A stretch of 64,000 nucleotides of DNA from the IMG/VR virus record IMGVR_UViG_3300042885_000900, one strand, 5' to 3'. The notes beneath the pieces are model-generated. The model did not search any database, had not been told where the DNA came from, and saw nothing but the letters and a program-made list of their open reading frames with translations. The position numbers and the translations under genes are program-made. Source of the DNA: a virus. Taxonomy: Duplodnaviria > Heunggongvirae > Uroviricota > Caudoviricetes. Of this stretch, positions 59,702 through 64,000 are shown piece by piece (the first letter of the stretch is position 1; each line of letters begins with the position of its first letter).

Positions 59702-61567
59702 TTATCTCAATTCTCTTAAGTCAAATGTTCTTACACCATCTACAGTGATACGTGCGTAAAAACGGTTATTTACCATTTTCTTCGCGTATCTCGTCATAAT
59801 CCCTTTAATTGGTGTAAAATTAAATGGGTTATACATTGTAGGTGTTAATTGTAACGGTACGTATGGTGCGTAGATGTATCCTGTGTCTAACAATGATGTT
59901 CCTTTATGTCCAATTAACACTGTGTTAGCTGGGAAGTAAGGGTCACGGTAAACTTGGTAACGACCTGCTAATGTTCCAACTCTTTCAATACCCATGTTAT
60001 ATTGGTCTTGTTCAGGAGAAGCATTAGATACGTGGAAGTACTCTAAATCATCAAAGATAGCAGAAACCTCAGAAGATACAACAATCCAGTTTGCTCCACC
60101 TCTTAAAGTAGATTTGTGGATTTGTGCAGACAATTGGTTGATTGCTGTAATTAATGTTTGGTTCCAATCTTTTTGAGTATAAGAAGTTGTCAAAGATAAA
60201 CGTTTCCAACCATTGTAATCCCATCTCAAGTTCCAAGCAGCACCTTTACGTAAATCTCTTAAGATTTCACGGTCAATTTCAGCAGCAACTTGTTCAGATA
60301 ATAAAGCTGTTAATTCAGCTTCAGCATCGATGTTGTGGAAAGCAGCAACGTCTTGAGCTAACTCAGGAGACCATTGTGCTCTTAATTTTCTTTCTGTAAC
60401 AGTAACAGTAACTGAATCTAATTCGAAAGAAACCTCACCGATTTTATCTTCAAATTCTAATTCTTTATATCTTCTGAAAACAGCAGTAAAGTCATTATTT
60501 GCTAATGTTCCGATTGTTGTTCCTGTGTAACCGTCTAAAGAGTCAGCACCACATGAAATACATACAGGACAAGATAAATCAACTTCTAAGTAAATAGTAC
60601 CTTCGATATCACAGATATCATTGTAGTTACCATTATTACCTTGAGAAGCCCAAGGAGCTTGTGATTGACCACCGTAAGATACGATACCTTTACCATATTG
60701 TTGAGTAACAACTCTAAACAATAAAGAATTAGGATTACCAGCCGCGTTAAATACTACATCACAAGGAGAATCTCCTGACCAAGTACCGTCTGTTGCAGTA
60801 CCGTTAGCGTAAATTTTCAAATCAGATAAGAAAGTTTCAGAATCATATTCGTTACCATCAGGTCCGATTAATTTACCAGCACCAGTGTTAGCGAAATTTA
60901 TCATTTTAACGATTACTTTTCTAACGTTAGAATCATTATATGCTCCATCAGCATCAATTAATCCACCATTAGACCATTTTTGAACTAATGTTGTAGCAGT
61001 AACTGCAGACCATTGTCCTTTAGAATAATCAAACAATCCTGGAGGGTCTAATTGACCTTCATTTCCTTCATAGAATAAATCATAAAGATTTTTCTTGTAA
61101 GCTCCTGCACTGTTTCCGTAACCAGAACCAACTTCAGTTGCGTTAGAGTTTGGTGCTCCGTATGGAGAATAATGCTCTCCTGATTCACCTGCATAACCAT
61201 TTTCAGGTGTTTGTGCTGTTCCATTATCATACCCTTGAATTTTAGGTACAAAGAAGAATAATTTACCGATTGGTAAATTCATTGCTTGTACAGATACGAT
61301 TTCATTCGCTAATAATTTAGAGAATACTCTTCTTACGATAGGGAATACAACAGTTTCGAATGAACCTGAAGACCCGTCAGAAGTAGCTTCGTTGATTAGG
61401 AAAGACGCTTGGTTCTCATATAATTGAGCTACGTTTTCTTTTAAGTGACCTTTAAGTCCTTCTAGGAATCCTAATTTATCCCATTTGTTAATTGTGTCTT
61501 CTTTAATAACTTTAAGGTGTTTTAACCCTATGTTACCAACTAGACCTGATTCTAATAATGCTCCCAT
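59702..61567 (-). CDS. gp23: Major capsid protein (T4 gp23-like)
   Basis: PIVRRVF...VSVQAM..P.G, RKLRAQWSPELAQD...DAEAEL..EIDRE, YAPYVPL and F.P..G..TRY. Confidence 0.95.
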   Translation of the reverse strand: MGALLESGLVGNIGLKHLKVIKEDTINKWDKLGFLEGLKGHLKENVAQLYENQASFLINEATSDGSSGSFETVVFPIVRRVFSKLLANEIVSVQAMNLPIGKLFFFVPKIQGYDNGTAQTPENGYAGESGEHYSPYGAPNSNATEVGSGYGNSAGAYKKNLYDLFYEGNEGQLDPPGLFDYSKGQWSAVTATTLVQKWSNGGLIDADGAYNDSNVRKVIVKMINFANTGAGKLIGPDGNEYDSETFLSDLKIYANGTATDGTWSGDSPCDVVFNAAGNPNSLLFRVVTQQYGKGIVSYGGQSQAPWASQGNNGNYNDICDIEGTIYLEVDLSCPVCISCGADSLDGYTGTTIGTLANNDFTAVFRRYKELEFEDKIGEVSFELDSVTVTVTERKLRAQWSPELAQDVAAFHNIDAEAELTALLSEQVAAEIDREILRDLRKGAAWNLRWDYNGWKRLSLTTSYTQKDWNQTLITAINQLSAQIHKSTLRGGANWIVVSSEVSAIFDDLEYFHVSNASPEQDQYNMGIERVGTLAGRYQVYRDPYFPANTVLIGHKGTSLLDTGYIYAPYVPLQLTPTMYNPFNFTPIKGIMTRYAKKMVNNRFYARITVDGVRTFDLRELR

Positions 61568-61599
61568 TTTTTTGGTTTTTATTAATTTTTAGTTTATTT

Positions 61600-63057
61600 T
61601 TATTTTAATTTACTCATTAAATCTTTCATTCTAAGGAATTGAGGATTTTCATAAGTTTTTGATTCAATTAAGTTAATCGCTGAACCTGATACCGGAGCTT
61701 TTTGAATTGCTCTTTCCATCGATTCGTTCATTGGTTGACTTGTATTAACTGAAAGTTCATCTTTAAGATTTTGATATAAATTTTTAGATTCTTTGATAGT
61801 TTCAACACCATCAAATCTTCTTAAGATATTTATTTTTTCTTGTTTAGATGTTGAGTGTTCTGTAAACAAACGAGTAGCGTAAGCTAAGTTTGAATTAAAT
61901 ACTGCAACCTCATTCAATTTATTTCTAAATACATTAAGAGCTTTTCTATACTCTTCATTCTTTTCTCTAAGAATTGTTAATTCATTTGATTCTGTATTTT
62001 CAAATGTTAGATTTCTGTTAGGAGTAATTCCTTTTCTTAATCCTCTACCTGATTTAGAACCATTTCCGTATGTGTGAGCAGCTTCTTTAGTTTCTACTTT
62101 TTTAACGGACGCTTTTTTAACCGGTGCTTTTTTAATGGCTTTAAATTCACCATCAAGATTTTCACCTTCTTTGTATTCAAATTTAGCTTTACCTGTTCCA
62201 ACTGATTTTGGTGCTTCTTTTTTCTTCACATCAAATCCTTTTCCTTGGTTTGGTTTAGCATCGTATTTGAATTTAGGACTTCCGATTCCAGTACCTTTAG
62301 GTTTTACAGACATTTTAGATTCCATAACAGGCTCCTCTTCGTCACCCATATCGTCATCTTCATTCATCTCTTCTTCCTCATCGTCTTCTTCTTCGTCTTC
62401 TTCGTCCATTTCAATTTCATAAACTAATTCTTCAGACTCATCGAATTCTTCAAAATCTTCTTCATCGTCAAAACTTTCTTCTTCGTCATCAAAAGAAAAT
62501 TCCTCTTCTTCGTCGTTGTCGTTTCCAAAAATTCTTTCAACAATAGATTCGATAGATTCATCTGATTCATCAAATTCTCCCGATTCATCAAATTCACCGT
62601 ATCCATCTTCACCTTCTGTAACAATCATATATTCAGCGTCAGTTTCGTTGTCTTTAATATTAATGTTACCAGAATCATCTTTAGTAACAACAATATTATC
62701 GTCAGGACCCATTAATTTGAATACACGCAAGATTTCTTCATCATCTTTAATGTTAGTTAGGTCGATAACATCTTCATCTTCATCATCTGAATCGTCATCG
62801 TCCATATCAAGGTTATCCATATCCATTTCATCACCTTCTTCATCGTCAGACTCTTCGTCATCCATGTCAGGTAATTCCATGTCAATGTCAGTTTCAATCT
62901 CATCTTCTTCTTGTTCAGTTAGAGATTCTTTTACTAGTTCGTTGATTTCTTCCTTCATAGTAGAAGCAAGTATTCCTTTTGCATTTTCAGCTACCGCTTC
63001 TTCCAAATTTTTCATTTGGATGATAGCTTCTTCAACTAAAGATTTTTCTTTTGCCAT
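61600..63057 (-). CDS. Prohead core scaffold protein (gp22-like)
   Basis: Extremely acidic coiled-coil protein between the protease and capsid genes. Confidence 0.75.
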   Translation of the reverse strand: MAKEKSLVEEAIIQMKNLEEAVAENAKGILASTMKEEINELVKESLTEQEEDEIETDIDMELPDMDDEESDDEEGDEMDMDNLDMDDDDSDDEDEDVIDLTNIKDDEEILRVFKLMGPDDNIVVTKDDSGNINIKDNETDAEYMIVTEGEDGYGEFDESGEFDESDESIESIVERIFGNDNDEEEEFSFDDEEESFDDEEDFEEFDESEELVYEIEMDEEDEEEDDEEEEMNEDDDMGDEEEPVMESKMSVKPKGTGIGSPKFKYDAKPNQGKGFDVKKKEAPKSVGTGKAKFEYKEGENLDGEFKAIKKAPVKKASVKKVETKEAAHTYGNGSKSGRGLRKGITPNRNLTFENTESNELTILREKNEEYRKALNVFRNKLNEVAVFNSNLAYATRLFTEHSTSKQEKINILRRFDGVETIKESKNLYQNLKDELSVNTSQPMNESMERAIQKAPVSGSAINLIESKTYENPQFLRMKDLMSKLK

Positions 63058-63171
63058 TTGTTTTATGTTATTTTAATATATAAATATATGAAATTATGAA
63101 AAAAGCACATTTGTACTAATATTCATAACATCTTTTTATTTATTAATAAATATCACAAAAATGTAAAAAAC

Positions 63172-63199
63172 AAAAAAAGGAGACAAAATGTCTCCTTTT
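63172..63199 (-). terminator. Intrinsic terminator
   Basis: aaaaggagaca-aaa-tgtctcctttt. Confidence 0.8.
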
Positions 63200-63221
63200 A
63201 GTTTAATCAATTAAAATTTTT

Positions 63222-63431
63222 TTATTCTATAACTTCGTTAATTTTACTCTCAACGATTGCGGTTATTCTCCACTCCATAGAATAATTTTCAAATACTTTA
63301 GTGACTTTCGCCTCTACGTCGGTGGGATTGTAACCACTAACTAATTTTTCTTCTCTTAACTTTTTAAGTTTTCCTGTTTCAGTATCTACTGAATCCAATG
63401 TAATTTTTGCGATGAAATACTTTTCGTCCAT
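63222..63431 (-). CDS. Small conserved phage protein (DUF4494-like)
   Basis: YF.AKI......TGK.KK..EE.LV....T..EAKV...I..I.ESKI.EV. Confidence 0.55.
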   Translation of the reverse strand: MDEKYFIAKITLDSVDTETGKLKKLREEKLVSGYNPTDVEAKVTKVFENYSMEWRITAIVESKINEVIE

Positions 63432-63447
63432 AATGTTTAATTTTTTT

Positions 63448-63999
63448 TTAGTATCCTAAATAATCGTTTAATTTTTTCATTAAGTCAAGCGATTTGTTTC
63501 CAGATTCGCCAACTTGTCTTTCTACTTTCATTTTTTTCTCTTCTTCCAAATTCTCATCAAAATTAAACCTATCATCAGGATTTTGAAAAAGGTATGCTCC
63601 TGGTGTTGATGGTGATGAAACTAAGTCAAAACAGATTAATTCAAAATCATCTTGTACTTCATTTTGTTCACCCACTTTTTTAAGAGACCCCACACCTCTT
63701 GAAGATATACCCAATGTAACACCTTGTCTAAGATAGTTTGCCGCCAAATCACCTTTGGTTGATACAATCCCTCTTTCGTGGAAACCAGGAGATGTTAATA
63801 GTTTTATTTTACCCATTAAAACGGGTCCTTCCCACCATATCTCTGTAATTGCGTGAGATACTCTATCTAAATCAATTAACGATGATTCAGGATGATTTAA
63901 TTCTGAAAGGGCTGTTCCTTTGTTAATCATCTTTTTATAATTCTCGGCCTCTCTTTTTAAGATTCTCTCAGGATACAATCTACCATTTCTATTTGGTGT
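63448..63999 (-). CDS. gp21: Prohead protease (T4 gp21-like); 5' end beyond the window
   Basis: NRNGRLYP, ELNHP, SH.I, GISSRGVGS and FDLVSSPSTPGA. Confidence 0.92.
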   Translation of the reverse strand, partial: TPNRNGRLYPERILKREAENYKKMINKGTALSELNHPESSLIDLDRVSHAITEIWWEGPVLMGKIKLLTSPGFHERGIVSTKGDLAANYLRQGVTLGISSRGVGSLKKVGEQNEVQDDFELICFDLVSSPSTPGAYLFQNPDDRFNFDENLEEEKKMKVERQVGESGNKSLDLMKKLNDYLGY

Positions 64000-64000
64000 A

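Noticed and set aside
869-61251. Numerous 60-130 aa ORFs nested in or antisense to long genes
   Set aside because: Fully overlapped by well-supported CDSs, with no recognisable motifs
62135-63076. Ser-rich plus-strand ORFs
   Set aside because: Antisense shadows of the Asp/Glu-rich scaffold gene
1-64000. Genome-wide stop-codon reassignment as the explanation for the TAA at 36608
   Set aside because: Genes are intact and densely packed in the standard code. TAA is the dominant stop, and TAG (54637) and TGA (13218, 51912) also terminate genes
1-64000. tRNA or rRNA genes
   Set aside because: No cloverleaf/T-loop signatures seen in the few intergenic gaps; tRNAscan-SE would be the formal check

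Overview
A 64-kb, very AT-rich segment of a large T4-like (jumbo-type) myophage genome. The host is probably in Bacteroidota, based on TTTG-N19-TAnnTTTG promoters and the lack of Shine-Dalgarno sites. The right end holds the head module (gp21 protease, gp22 scaffold, gp23 major capsid). The middle carries a gp5-like baseplate spike, a gp55-like late sigma factor, PhoH, dUTPase, an exonuclease, a WYL protein and three free-standing PD-(D/E)xK homing-type endonucleases. About 20 genes encode glycosyltransferases, SAM methyltransferases, a sulfotransferase and an APS kinase. They are interleaved with large virion proteins full of Thr-Pro, Gly-Thr-Ser and [S/T]-G-x-T repeats. Two signals stand out. 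(1) A glycosyltransferase gene is interrupted in-frame by GGT-TAA-CAA-AAC-GGT right after a GC-rich hairpin, the layout of a programmed translational bypass. (2) There is an apparent phage-encoded system for glycosylating, methylating and sulfating the virion, with GT60-like and TibC/Aah-like protein glycosyltransferases next to plausible substrates. All family assignments come from motif recognition by eye; no database search was run.
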